A stretch of DNA of 64,000 bases from Lama glama (taxonomy: Eukaryota), in contig CM052818.1 of the NCBI GenBank assembly GCA_028534125.1, positions 18,292,001 to 18,356,000 of the forward strand, given 5' to 3'. Each line of letters opens with the position of its first letter. Within the stretch, counting starts at the first letter, position 1. This document shows, piece after piece, positions 51,001 through 63,925 of the stretch. Made by a program: the position numbers and the translations under genes. A model generated the notes under the pieces. It saw only the letters and a program-made list of their open reading frames with translations. It did not search any database and had not been told where the DNA came from.

Positions 51001-52676
51001 TACCTCCAAGTCAGACAGGGACACAAGTGACTGCAGTGATTTTTGCCCACTTAACCTATAGTCCCCAAAGCCTCCCTTCCTCCTTAGTGCCCCCCAACAC
51101 AAAATCATCCTGCAGACAGCACCCATCAGGAATGCAGTCTGGGCAAGAAGTCATCTTACACGGGGGCTGTGATTACTGGGAAGAAATTATTAGGCATCTC
51201 CCTGGCTGTCAGTGTTGTAAGTCTGGATGTTTGGGCACAATGGAAATTATACAATTGCTTCTTTTATTGGTCATCCGTCTAGCAGAGCCAACTTTGCTGG
51301 CCTTTGCTGATTCCAGGAAAAGACAGTCAGGTTTTCTTTGTGGAACACTGAAGTTCGAGATGAGATTTCAGCCTGAGCAGGCCAGCTCTAGGAGAACAGG
51401 AAGCTCCTCTTGTCTTGGGGCCTGGTTGTAACGATGGTGACGTTTTCATGCAGCTAACCTCTCCTCATTCCTCTGATCTGCTCAGTATGCTTTCTCCTGC
51501 AAGAAGTCCATGTCTTCTCCATCAGCAAGACAATTATTGAATCCATCGATGCACATTAGTATGTTCAGGTCTGACATTCCTCTTTCCAGGCAAAGTGACA
51601 TATTTAAAAGGGGCCTGGAAAAGGCAATGAGAAACCCAAGAACTGATACTGAGAGACTCTCAGGAATGCGGGCCTCTGAGAGGGAAGGAAAGTCCTACAG
51701 GATCTGCTCCTATAGCAAATAGGTAGCCAGCTACTCCTCCCACTTGCAGAGTCTCGGAATTCTATTTTCACAGACTATATCTTCTGATGAGGTAGGTGCA
51801 TCCTAAGCTCATTAATGGTGAAATAAGACTTGTCTGTCACCACCAGAAATCAGATGCGAAGACAAGTCTAGAGAGGGCTCAGAGAGAAACAGTCTCAGAT
51901 TAGCTACATGAAGCTCAACCCTGACCTCTTCCTCATGGCTAGTGTCACCCCCACTACCCCTAGACAGTGGCGGACTGATCTCTTCAAGCCCCGGTTTCTT
52001 ACTCTGCAAAATGGAAATAATAAAATGTGCTTCAAGGGGCTGATGAAAAGAGAGAAACGGACTCCACTTCCTCCAAGACCTCTTTTAGCCCTCAGGTGCC
52101 TGGTGTCTAAACTGCGATTTTCACGGATCTGGGGGTCCCAGTGTCATTGTCTGTCCTGAGGTCAGCATATTCAGACTCAGCACAAAAGGCCTTGCAGGGA
52201 AGAACGTCCCTCTGCGAGACAGGAAAATCCCGCCCCTCTACTTCCGCATCAGACTCTCTTCTCCAGAATCCAAGTAGACCCTTTAAACGCCGGGATCCTT
52301 CAGATGCATTCAAACTTCAGCCATCATGGCACGTCCAGGACCTTCTTTCCCCAACAGAGGTCCCAAAGTGAAAAGCAGACCTATTTGGAAGAGATGCATT
52401 TAGAAAACACCACTAGATTGTATCCAAAGGAAGAAAGAGAAAGTGAACAAATATCTTTCAGCAATCAAAATCGCAGGCAAGACCAGAAAGGGGTCTTTTG
52501 CAGCTCCTCCCACAAGCTCTTTAAGAAGAACTCCAGTGGATCCAAATAAAGGGAGAAAACTAATGAGAATCCCACAACGGATCCTTTGCCTTTGACCAAG
52601 GAACAGCTGTGTAAAACAAAGTCCTATTTACAGGTGGTGAGAGGAGGATAAAAAGCTTGTACATATCTGTGTAGGA

Positions 52677-52708
<32 letters not shown>
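52677..52708. repeat. Compound microsatellite (AT)8(AG)8
   Basis: atatatatatatatat followed by agagagagagagagag. Confidence 0.95.
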
Positions 52709-52709
<1 letters not shown>

Positions 52710-54399
52710 TGCACAAATCCCTGAGGAAAACTAATAGAAATACTCACTATGGCACAATATCAACATACAAGACCTGAAGAGATGAAGATTAGCCCACGAC
52801 TGAGAGCTGGTTTTTTGAACCTCAACACTTCAGAAAAGGGAAAGGAAAAGTTTTCACAGCATTATAGAAAAACACAATAAATTTGGAGGAAAATAAACAT
52901 TGGTAAGAACGACAACAAAAAACTTAAACCAGCTATAAAATGTACAGTAGAAGCTGAGCTTCTTAAGCTAAAGGAAAGTCACAGGATGACTTTTCACTTT
53001 GCCCTGCCACTTTGGTCCCTCACAGATGAGCACAGCCAGCCTTAGTGGAGCCGGAGAGGCCCTGGATGTGGGGCGAGGCTTAAGAGGCAGACAGCACCCA
53101 GCAAGCACTGGCGCTGGCCTGAGAGGGCACATTCCTGGAGAGCTGGAGAAGGAGAGACAGCTTAGCTGGTGAAAAGCTGAAGGGTATCACATGAAGCTCC
53201 ACCTCCATGGAAAATAAACTGCTACCTCTTCTCCCACCCCTGCAGCCTCAATATTGGGAGGTTTAAAGGGTATTTTGGTCCTGACTGACCCTTTTTAGAT
53301 TTGCATTTATCCCCAGGAGAGTCCATGTATGAAGATATTAGAGCTAACACAAGAACCATCAGCTTCCATCCCTGCAAAGATGGAGTGGCCCCTGGAAGCA
53401 GTGACGGCGGGAGGCAGATGGGCACTGCAACAGGGGGCGAGCAGGGCAGTGAGAGGAGGGAGGACATTATGCCAGTAAACTCTGGTCACCAGATTCGATG
53501 CTATTCTGGCGGCAGTGGGTGGGGGGAAGCAGGTTTCTTTCACTGCCTTATCCCCAGCCAGATCAGCTGGCTCAAGACCAGGGAGCAATGAAGGAGCTGG
53601 TGATGTCATCATCTGATTCTACCAACCCAAAATCCAGAGCAGAGGCTGTATCCAGTTCATCTCTGAGCTCTCACAGAGCACAGGGGCTGCACACAGTAAG
53701 CCCCTTAATGAAAACATGGGCCTGGGTTTGACTCTTTCTGTCTGCATGGTGTCAGGGAAGCAGCTGTTTTCAGAGAAATATCTCGGGGCGTTACAGAGGG
53801 TGAACACTGTAGTGACAAATGCTCGAAGGAAGAGCATTTTCATCTCCAGGAGACATTACCAAAATGTCCTGCTGCGGTTTCATCCTGAGCTCACCCACAG
53901 CAAATCCTGTCTAGTTCAAGGGGCGGTGAGCTCCTCCCGCATCAGTTTGGGATTCAAAGATAGCGGTGCTGGGCAGGCGGAGAAGGATGTGTAGGGGACG
54001 CATCAGGGAAGAAAGGAGGCTGCCTCCCTCACAAAGCTTGCCCAGCCCAGTCTCTCCAGACAAGGGCCAAACCACAGGAGCCACCTGGAGGCAGATTCCT
54101 TTGACAAGACACTGAGGAAAAGCTCTTCTCTTTACAGGAGAGCCACACACCCAGGTTCCAGCTGCAGTCCTACTCGTGAGAACTTGTAGTAAGCAAGTAA
54201 CCAGACCTCTCTGGGCCTTAAGTAAAATGGAAAGGAGAACAGCCTTTTTGCCATCAAAAGGTCGTAAGGAAGAGAGAGGAAGGGAGAAAATAAGTTAGGA
54301 TGCGGGGATGCTTTGAAAGTTCAAGTCAGCAAACAAGCATGAGCACTGCTAACTGGACAAGGCACTGCCGGCTGGTACGGGGGGGGGGCACAGGAACCA

Positions 54400-54775
54400 T
54401 AATCTAGAAAGCACTTTCACTTTGCACTAATTGACACAGTCTTACAAAAGCCCTCTAAGCTTCCACTGATGCATGGTTCCATTTTACAGATGGGAAACTT
54501 GAGGTTCAGAGATGCTGACTAAATTGCCCAAACTTACTAAGTGGGATTAAGAAATGACCTTGGGGCAAGAGAAACTAATCTTTACTGAACAAGCTGCTAT
54601 GTAGCAGACCCTAATCAAGGTATTTTGTTCACACAGTGCATCGTCCAATCTTCCAAAACCGTGAGGCATGTATTTTCCTCAATTTACACATGAGGGACTT
54701 GAAACTCAGAGATTCTGTAGTGGGCAGAACTGAAGCCAGGGATGCCTGTCTCCACCCTGGTTCACCCTGCTTTCC
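54400..54775 (-). mobile_element. Two tandem MIR fragments
   Basis: ccattttacagatgggaaacttgaggttcagaga and ctcaatttacacatgagggacttgaaactcagaga. Confidence 0.7.
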
Positions 54776-55169
54776 AGCATGCTGCAGCTGGCAAGGTGCA
54801 GAGTGTGGATGAAGCCAATGTCAATGTCCCCAGTGTTCTGAGCACAAGAGTGACAGCTGATTAATGTTTGCCATTTGGAACTTGTGATCATCTACTCGGG
54901 CTAAGTTGAAGTGTACCTAAGAAATAGAAGTCTAAATAATTCATGTTAGAAATGAGTTGTGGGGAAGGGTGTGCAAACTGTTTAAAATATTAACTCTTTT
55001 GCGACTCCCCCATGTAATTTCAAAGTAACTGCTTGCCACAAATTGGTAGTTTGATTAAAGTATTTCGGCATCCAAGACGGTCCCAAAAGACTGCCTCTTG
55101 GCAATGCTCTGTTGACAGGGAGTCAAACTTGGAGACAGCTTGAGGTTTTAAAAGTCCTTGCGAAGTCAA

Positions 55170-55600
55170 TGTGGTACCATGGAAGGAAACTCACCGAGAG
55201 GCAGAGGAACCAGAGGGCCCAGGTTCAGATCCCATTTCTTCCACTTTGTAGCAGACAAGTAACTGAAACTCTCTAAGCCACAGTTACCTTATCTATAAAA
55301 TGGAGCTAATGATGGTATCTTCCTCACGGCATTGTGGGCAGAAATGAACGACTCTGTATAGGCAAGGCCTTTAAAATGGTGCCTAACATGTGCCAAGGTA
55401 ACTGGCAAGTTTTAACAATTACTCCTTCTACTTTGAGTTTAGAAATTTGGGTGATTCATTTACCCTCTGTGAGCATTGCCTCCCTGGTCTGTAAGATGGG
55501 AATTATAATTATGTTCATTTTAGAAACGCACGGTAAAGTCAAATGAGATGATATGAAATAACTTTGTCAGCCTCATGTGCTACATAAATATAAGGCAAGG
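55170..55600 (+). mobile_element. Two tandem MIR fragments
   Basis: caggttcagatccc...ctctctaagccacagttaccttatctataaaatgg and ctgtaagatgggaattataat...caaatgagatgat. Confidence 0.75.
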
Positions 55601-56604
55601 TGACTTTCCAGTCTTTCCTTCCTAGACGTCTGCATCAGAACCCGTTCCTAGGGTTTCAGTTACTTCCCAAACACCAGTCGTTTGGTCTACTGCCACGTTA
55701 GGCAGCCTCTCACAGAGCCTACGTTAGATACTGGTCACTGTGTCCCCCAAGCATCAGGAGACAGGGGTGAAACCTGCCATGTGGTCTTCTAAAGTTCTTC
55801 TTTCAACCTCAGTGACACAACAAGCAGCTTCCACCCTTCCCCGAGGTGGGGAAAGGGAAGGACAGATTCCCAGGTGTCTCGAGAAGCCCTTCTCACAAGG
55901 TGTCCACACTGTTCTCATGCCCACTGTGCATGAGAGGATAAGAGCTGCATGACTGGTTTCTAGAAACCTGGGATAGAGCAGTTCTCACCCCTTGGTATCT
56001 CAGGGAAAATGTCAGCTCGACACCCTGGTACGCTGAGATGGGCCCCAGCCATGCAGGGACCCTCCAGCGTGCTCCAAATAAGGACAAAGAACGCCAACAG
56101 TGAGAGCTACACGGAAGCCCGTCACAAATTTTAGTTTCCTACATTCCGACTCCTTTTGTCAAAGATTGGCCCCGTTTTGATTCGTTTTGCCATCAGAGAA
56201 CATGATTTCCTCTCACCCTGACATGGGGCGTGCGGAGGTTAATTGCTGGGCTAGGAATAGGAACTAATCCAGTGACTGACGTATTCCCTGCAGCTGCAGG
56301 TGAGTTACTCAGAGTCTCCTGCTCACCTTACCTCCTTCGGGTGTCATCTGTGGGGGGCCATCCTAAAATGCCTGAAGATGCCAGTACAAATTGGATCAAA
56401 GGTCACTTCATCACAGGGTGCCCTTTCTCCAGTGTAGTTCTGATTTTCTGTACCAAAAACTTTCTGATTTCTGTCTTTATAGAGGAATGGAGAGTGCTGA
56501 CTAATAGAATACTTTCTCTAAGAGAGAGTTTGCCAACCATGTCCTACATGGTGACAGCATTTTCAGAGAATGAGCATAAATCAGTATAAATACTCTAGCT
56601 TCTA

Positions 56605-56888
56605 GCAGGGCTTCCAAGGTTGAATTAGGAAGTACCACACTCAGGAGATACTCTGCGAGAAAGGCAGAATCCAAGGTCCGTGTGTTTGGGGAAAGTCAGT
56701 ACAGTATTTCCTCCTCTTGGGTATTTATAATGAATAATTTTGTGGTAAGGGCTCAGAGAATCCTGCAGGAAAGAAACTGCTTAACCTTATTAAACCAGCA
56801 TTTCCTAAACTTATTTGACCACTGTAGCCTTTCATTTGTGAACAAAACATTTATAACCTCTGGAAATAGTACTTCTAGAGAAATGCTA
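56605..56888. mobile_element. MER103-like hAT-Charlie element (opposite orientation to the copy at 42733)
   Basis: ggctcagagaatcctgcaggaaagaaactgcttaacctt...ccagcatttcctaaacttatttgaccac. Confidence 0.65.
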
Positions 56889-56911
56889 AAGGTTTCTAAA
56901 TTGGAAGCCAT

Positions 56912-57426
56912 CTTAGCAACCACAGAGTTCAACTTCCCTCTCTAATTCTACACCCAGTTCCGATGTGTGAGGTTTCCCCATACACACCCAAGAAATGGTC
57001 AGACACCAGCTGGTTCCCTACAATGCAGCTCAATTCTGACACTACCTACCTGGATGTTGCATCAGATCCCCCAGACTGAAGGCCCAGTCCTGTAAGACTG
57101 TTCCCCTTCAGACACCAATTGCAAGTCCAGGTTGTCATCTGTGCTTCTGATGAGCCAGCTATACACTGGAGGTCCCAATAACCCCTCCTTGAGTTTGGTT
57201 AATCTGCTAGAGGTTCACAGAACTCAGAGAAACATTTATAAGATTACCAGCTTATTATAAAAGGATGTAATTCGGGAAGAGTCAAATGGAAAAGGTGCAC
57301 AAGGCAAGGTATGAAGAAAGGATTCAGTCCTTCCATGCTCTCCTCAAGTCCGCCACCCTCCCCACCCAGAAGTTCTGTGCCAAGAGGGGGAATGGAGACC
57401 AAATTCTCATAAATCACAGTATCACA
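56912..57426 (-). mobile_element. ERV solo LTR (MER21-like), internally deleted
   Basis: gacaccagctgg...caattctgacactacctacctgga...tcagatccc...gcaagtccaggttgtca...cacagaactcagagaaaca. Ends cataaatcacagtatcaca. Confidence 0.8.
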
Positions 57427-57554
57427 TCCCTCATGAAGAAACCCTACAACACGACAGACACACTTACAGAGATAGGGAACCAGAGGCTTCGCAGTACAAC
57501 CCATTCCTCCACCAGGCAACTTTCATAATGAATGAGAATTAGTCATTCTGGTAA

Positions 57555-57810
57555 GTCAGCCGATGGTAAGAGCACAAACGTCAGAGTCAGAAAGATGTGG
57601 ATTTGACCTCTAGCTCTACCCTCCTTATGTGTCGCTTTGTGGAAGTTACTGGACCTCTCAGCTGAGCCTCCTCCACTCTGATGTAAGGATGGTCATGATA
57701 CCTGTTCTCTTAAGGTAGAGGAGAGGAATAAATAAAATAATCAATGTTAAGTGCTTGGTGCGGTAACTGTTACATAGGAAGTGTTCAATAAATGTTGACC
57801 ATTATTATTT
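57555..57810 (+). mobile_element. Near full-length MIR
   Basis: ggtaagagcacaaacgtcagagtcaga...aagttactggacctctc...gtgttcaataaatgttgaccattattatt. Confidence 0.85.
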
Positions 57811-57953
57811 TCATCCTACACCTACTTTCCAGGGCAGAGCAGCACAAATCTATTACCATTTCCACTTGGCAGCCCTTCAGAATCACAGTTTTCTCTTCCC
57901 AAGCAAAATATCCTATGTATTGGACCATATGGTCTTGATGCCTCACCCATCTG

Positions 57954-57977
57954 CACACACACACACACACACACACA
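57954..57977. repeat. (CA)12 microsatellite
   Basis: Perfect CA run. Confidence 0.95.
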
Positions 57978-58244
57978 AATCCTATGTTCCATAATAAGTT
58001 CATTTATAAAGAAGGTACACATACGATTGCAGTATGAATGTGTGTGCGTGAGAAAATACACACACAAAATATTTTGAAGCATGAAGTAAAGATGAATAAA
58101 TAATACACTTTTACATTTAGCTCTCACTCGATATATTAGAATAACAATATTCTAGAGAAAGTGTAGCATACGATGTGCTTCATTGTTTTTAAATCCTTAG
58201 TTTAACACTGAAAAAAGCAATCCACAAGTCATGTCAATACTGAT

Positions 58245-58286
58245 TCAGACAAGATCAGACGCGTTCAGGGTGATATGGCTGTAGTC
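58245..58286 (-). pseudogene. 5S rRNA pseudogene fragment (nt 1-42 only)
   Basis: Reverse complement GACTACAGCCATATCACCCTGAACGCGTCTGATCTTGTCTGA aligns without gaps to mammalian 5S nt 1-42 (GTCTACGGCCATACCACCCTGAACGCGCCCGATCTCGTCTGA, recalled). Identity is 36/42 and five of the six changes are transitions. Confidence 0.88.
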
Positions 58287-58621
58287 AAAAACAGAAAAAA
58301 GGAGACTCAAATGATCTTATCTGCAAAACAGAAGAAGACTCACAGACATAGTAAACAAACTTATGGTTACCAGGGGGAAAGGGGTTGGGAAGGGATAAAT
58401 TGGGAGGTCGAGATTTGCAAATATTAACTACTATATATAAAATAGATAAACAAGTTTCTTCTATATAGCACAGGGAACTATATTCAATGTCTTGTAGGAA
58501 CCTATAATGAAAAAGAATATGAAAACAAATACATGTATGTAAATGTATGACTGAAACATTATGCTGTACACCAGAAATTGACACATTGTGAACTGACTAT
58601 ACTTCAGTTAAGAAAAAAAAA
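58287..58621 (+). mobile_element. Young LINE-1 3' UTR fragment (cetartiodactyl-type, possibly camelid)
   Basis: agactcacagacatagtaaacaaacttatggttaccagggggaaagg...tatagcacagggaactatattcaa...gctgtacaccagaaattgacacattg...gactatacttcag followed by an A tail. Confidence 0.9.
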
Positions 58622-59599
58622 CTAGCTTTCAATGGCTGTCAAAGCTGAGAACAAAACTACTAAAGTAAGTAGATGCAATGGAAGACAAGGCTATAGCTGC
58701 ACACTTAACGTTCAGTTCTATACTTTTATGCAAATATTTGTATAAAATTCAGCTAGTAGATTTTCTTTCCTAATGTCAATCAGAAGTTCTTACAAGCTAC
58801 CTGGAAGATGTTGCATTTTTATGTAGCTAATGAAAGTGTCAAAAACCCAGCAGAAAAAATTTAAGTAAGTTAGAAAGTTGTACATCCTTGTTTTTAAAAT
58901 ATGATATGAGGGTTTTCATAAATGCAGGCACGTATCATTTTCAGCAATAAATTAATTTTCATTTCCCCCCAAATTCTCTCCTTTCAAATACTGTGTATTA
59001 TTTCTCATTAATATGTCACCTTTCCCTTAAAGAGATAAATCAAGTATGTCTAATTTGAAAATATCTTCCTTGAGGCATTATTTCTGATAGACATTTGTCA
59101 TCCCAGAAAAAGCCAACAAATTTGGGTCACTTGTATTTTTTTTAATGTGAAAGTCATCTTCAATTTTGCCAACCTTTTGAAGTAATATGCCTTAAAATGA
59201 CCAACAAGCTTCTAGGGGAGAGAATGGTCAGGACCTCGAGACTAAACAGAATCAGACAGGCAAGAAGGTTAATCCAGACAGGTTTATCAAAAGAAGCAGG
59301 AGGAAATTGGAGAAAGTGGGGCAGGAGGAATCTGGGAAATATAGCTGCAGCCCCCAGTGGTTGCAACAGGACACACGGAGCCTCAGGCAGCAGTTAATAG
59401 ACCAGCCTGCTCAGGAATCATGGAGGTCCCACAAGCACAATGCAGACTCAGACATGGAAACAGCATTTCAGCACCCAAGAGAACTGGAGGAAAGCAAGGC
59501 ATGGCCCAGGTTCTAGGGGAACCAAGAAATCAGACAAGGTCTGTTACAGTAAAGAAATACAAGGCTGGACCCTGACCACAGCAGTACCTGGACACAGTG

Positions 59600-59745
59600 C
59601 TAAGGTTTCCTGTTAGGTAAATCTTATTTCCCCAGGTAAAAGATGAAGAATCCAAGTCCTGGAGACTTCAATGCACCCCTTAAGGTCATACATCTTAAAA
59701 AGTGGTACAGCCAGGACTTGAACCCAGGTCCTCCAGCACCAGAGC
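59600..59745 (-). mobile_element. MIR fragment
   Basis: agatgaagaatccaagtcctggaga...aaggtcatac...agccaggacttgaacccaggtc. Confidence 0.7.
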
Positions 59746-60014
59746 TGCTAGTCTGAAGATGTGTTACATGTCCTTTCTCAGAGTAGGACCAGAGCCTGAT
59801 TGTTAAACCAGAATATTAGGTCAAAAAAGAATCTGCAGCCAGGCTAGTAAGGCTGAGATCCTCAAAATCCTGCCTTTGGGCACATTAAATTCCCCCTGAT
59901 TGCTAAGGAGTCTGGTTTCCATGGAGACTGAGGTGAGTCTGAACTGAATATGAGTTAAATGGTTCCAGTTTTGAAGACATGATATGGGGGAGGCAGGAAA
60001 CGAAGCTCTCCTAC

Positions 60015-60175
60015 TGTCTCATGTAATTCCTTACACAAATGTATTTTACAGACAGAGAAACTGAGGCTCTTAAAAGGTAAATGAACTGCTCAGGACCACC
60101 CAATGAGTGAGAGAGAAGGCACTAAATCCAAGGTCCCTGACCTTAAGACTAAGGCCATTTTCATGGAACTACAGC
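60015..60175 (-). mobile_element. MIR fragment
   Basis: attttacagacagagaaactgaggctc...aggtaaatgaactgctcagga. Confidence 0.7.
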
Positions 60176-62499
60176 TTCTTACACACATTCCCATCTAACT
60201 CTGAGTACGTGTGATTCTACACCTAAGCAAATCTTTATTTAATGATTCGGGAAGTACATGTTAGCATCTTTTCTAATGGTGTATGTAGAGATGCAAATTC
60301 CCAGTCAATAAGGATCTACAGTTAACAGAAAATTCAGTATCAGCGAGCCTCAAAATGTAAGGAGTCTTTTCATATATTAATTATGTGTAGTCTACTCTTC
60401 TCCTTATCTATCATTGGATAACTAAATTCTCCCAGAGTAGGTAGGAGGAAGGAGTTCATTTTATCCAAGAGACTAAAAAAAAGGTAACTAAAATGTAAAA
60501 AAGGAAGGAAAGAAAAAGACAAATTATGTGCAAACAAATTTTATATCACAGAAAACCAATTAGAAGATACAAAAAGGAGTTCAAGTTCAAACCGTCAGTC
60601 TTGACTTATAGGAAACGTGCTTTGGCAAAAATAATAGATCTCTAATCTAGATAGACAAACTGGCAGCATCCCCTCTCTAAATTAGATTTGCCTAAAACAT
60701 CTCAATGGGCCATTCAGGTCACGGTGTGAACTCTGTTCCTGCCTCATTTTACAAACTAAAAGAAAACTGGATCGCACAGTCTCAGAATTAATATTCCCTG
60801 TCATGGGTGATTTTGGGTGGAACAGAGATCAAGAACTGCATTCTTGGTTAGCACGTGTGATGGAGAGGGATGTCTTGTTCTACCTGACTTTTCTCAGTTC
60901 AGTGGGTTATGTAGTAGGTTCTTAAAAACTACCCATTGGTTTGTTTTGGCCACTACTGTGAAGTCAGGGTTAGAGGATGGTGAAAACATGGGCCACTTCA
61001 GGGGGTCCCCAAGTCTTCTTAGTTCCTGTTTCAGCACCTGAAAGTGGCTTCTAATCACTTAGCCATCAAGTCCATACTTCTCTACCTAGTCTTAAAGTTC
61101 CTTGAGATACTGCCTCCTCCTTCCCTTTCAGTTCTAATTTCCTTTGTGCCCCACCTCCCACCCCTCTTCTGGTCCAGCTACACATGCTCACTTCTCTAGT
61201 TTAGGCCAGTAAGCTCTATACTCTCTCAGAAATCTTGTTTGCTCTCCTTCCTACAAGAATGCCACCATAACTAATCCAACCCGCATTACCTTCCCTGTCC
61301 CTGAAGTCTTAAGACACTCACAGTCAGTAACACAGTTTAGCACTCAACCCATCTGGGTATTTCATCTATTCTAGTCTTAACTCCTCAATTCACCTGCAAG
61401 CTCCCTGAAGACAGGGCATGGTCCTTGGTGTCCTATCTTGGATGGCAAAGAGGCTGTATGGAAGGAAGGTATATGGCCCAGTGAAGACAACTGAGCACAC
61501 ATACACTATTAATTTAAGGAAAACAACCCACCAGCACTCTTGCAGATTAATGCAAGCACTAATTGTGTCTAACAATGGGCCTTAGAGCTGTGGGGTCAAC
61601 TGTTCATGAAAGCAAGTATATTATCTTGTTAGGTGTCAAGACATAATGGGACTGGTTCCCATCAATTGAAAGGACCTCAAAAAATTCATTCTGGCAGGAG
61701 AAGTACCCATTTTCATTATTGTGACCTAAAGACTAGGGACAGTCAGGCACGAAAGGTGTTAACACCAGCTCAGCATGTAAAACTGGCTGATGAGAAGGGA
61801 GAACTGTGAGCCAGTCACCTTTCTTTAGAAGATCCATTTGCAGAACTTAAATTTGCTGACATTTTACCCTCAGGCCTTTACCTGTTTGTGAAGATAAACT
61901 GCGGTTGAGTGAATCAAAATAATTTCACAGCAAACAGTCATTTGACCAGAGCAAGCCCACTGAGACATAGAGCTCCTAGTTGATTACCCACTTCCTGCCT
62001 CCATCAGACATGAATTTATTGATCAAAGGGGAAAAATGAATTGAAAACTAAGTGTTCATCCGAACTCCATTTCCTGAGTTATCCTGGGGTTATGGAGAGT
62101 TTCAGCTACAGAGTTATCACCAATAATCCATCTCTGTAGATGGTCACTAGATCTTTTTAAGTGTCTTAAACTCAGAACCACTGGAACAATTTTGGCCATT
62201 TTTGTTGCATGTCTTCTTTTCTATAAAGACCAGTGGTTTCAATGTGCATCTACAGACATTTGTAGATGGCCTGTAAGTATAGGGGCTTCAGGAACTCATA
62301 CTATTGATATTAAATAATGCACTTGTATTGTTCTTATTGACAATCATAAATTCTTCCCTCTTTCAATTATGTAAATTTCTTACTCATTCGCTAAGAGAGA
62401 GAGTGCCAGGTTGATGTCTGTATAATGTTAAATCAGTTAGGTTTGATGAACACAGCTAGTGAATGATTCCTTTTCTGTGTTTATCTCTTGACAGCACAT

Positions 62500-63925
62500 A
62501 ACACATTGCCTGGCCAGCTACACATCAAGCACTTTACATGTTCTGACACTGAGTGTTAAGGAAAAACATAATTTCCACTGTCATGCCATTCACAATCTAG
62601 TTGAAGAAACAGGCTTTGACTAGATAGATAAACACAAAACAACATATAGTTCAGAATTCTGTTGAGCACTAATAAGGGAAAAGTGCCAAAAAGGATAGAC
62701 TGCACTGGGAATAAATCAGGAACCTTAATTTAGATTGGCAATCAGGGTACTCTTCTCTGAAGAAATAACATTAGTAACTGAACCCTGAAGGGAGAGTTGA
62801 GATTGGCCAGGTGAGAACTGGATGGTAAGCCTTCCAGATAGAGCATGTGCAAATACCTGGAGACAAGGGAGAATTTAGTGCATGTAAAGAACTGAAAGGA
62901 AGTCACTGGTGCTGAGGTGAATTAGGGGAGATGAGGGGGCAAGAGTAGCCAGTAAGGAGTATAAGTTTTACTATGGGAAAGAACTAAAGGAAAGCAGAGG
63001 ACTAAAGCAATCTGATTTACATTTTTTCCAAACTCCTCCTCCTGTGTGCTGTATGGAGAACTGGTTAGAAAGGACAAGATGAAATGTATGGAAAGCAGGA
63101 GATTATCGCAGAAATCTAGAAAAAAAGTTGATGGTGGCTTGTACTAGAACGGTGTCAGTAGAGATGGAAAAACTTGTATGGCATCGATAAATATTCTGGA
63201 AATGGAATCTAAGAAGAACTTGAGATGGACTGGATGTTTGGAATGAGGGTGAAGAAGCCAAGTTTAATGTCACATTTCTAACAAACAATTGACAGATGGG
63301 AGGGCTATTTATGAAGAGGAATTAAGAAGGAGTAGTTTGGTGAAAGTGACGGGGGGAACTAGTTTAGTTTGCTATGTCAACAAGACATTCAGAAGAGAAT
63401 ATGTGAACTTTGATTAGAGATGGACTAGAGAAGTCAGAAGTCAAGTGTAAGCCTAGGATCTGTCATACTGACAGTACTTACAGCCATGGAAAATGAGACC
63501 TTCCCAGCAAGACCATAGAGAAAAAAGGCAGAAAGCTCAGAGTACAGATAGAGGAAGGGAAGTCAACAGCAAAAGAACTAAAAAGGAGTAACAGAGAAAG
63601 GGGAGGAATAGGAAAGGAACTAACAGAAGAGAGAGACTGGCAGAGAGCACTGAATTCTCCTGACAGGTCTAAACAATGAGACTTTAGATTGTTCATTAGA
63701 TTCACTGATTGTGGGTTGATGGATTTGGGGCGTGACAAAAATAGTTTCAGTGGAGAGATGTAGAATGGAAACAAATTGGAGCAGATGGCAGATGAATAGG
63801 ATACAAGGGAATGAAGACAGAATATGCAGGTAACTCTTTCTAGAAACTTTACTGTAAAAGGAGGACAAGATATAGGGCTGGGCTGCAACTGGAGACAGAT
63901 TTGGAGTCAAGGGAGAGAGCGATCA
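62500..63925 (-). mobile_element. Long LINE-2 (3' end through RT region)
   Basis: Purine-rich antisense L2: cacaatctagttgaaga; ttccagatagagcatgtgcaaa; atctgatttacatttt; ttgatggtggcttgtactaga; agtttcagtggagagatg; tctagaaacttttactgtaaaagg. ORF 63478 (-) has a residual L2 RT-like KFLERV...LDLS. Confidence 0.85.

Noticed and set aside
58245..58286. Functional 5S rRNA gene
   Set aside because: Only the first 42 of ~120 nt are present, with six substitutions and no internal control region or terminator.
63478..63910. ORFs of 136 and 96 aa on the minus strand
   Set aside because: They lie in a decayed L2 element and show only residual RT-like words.
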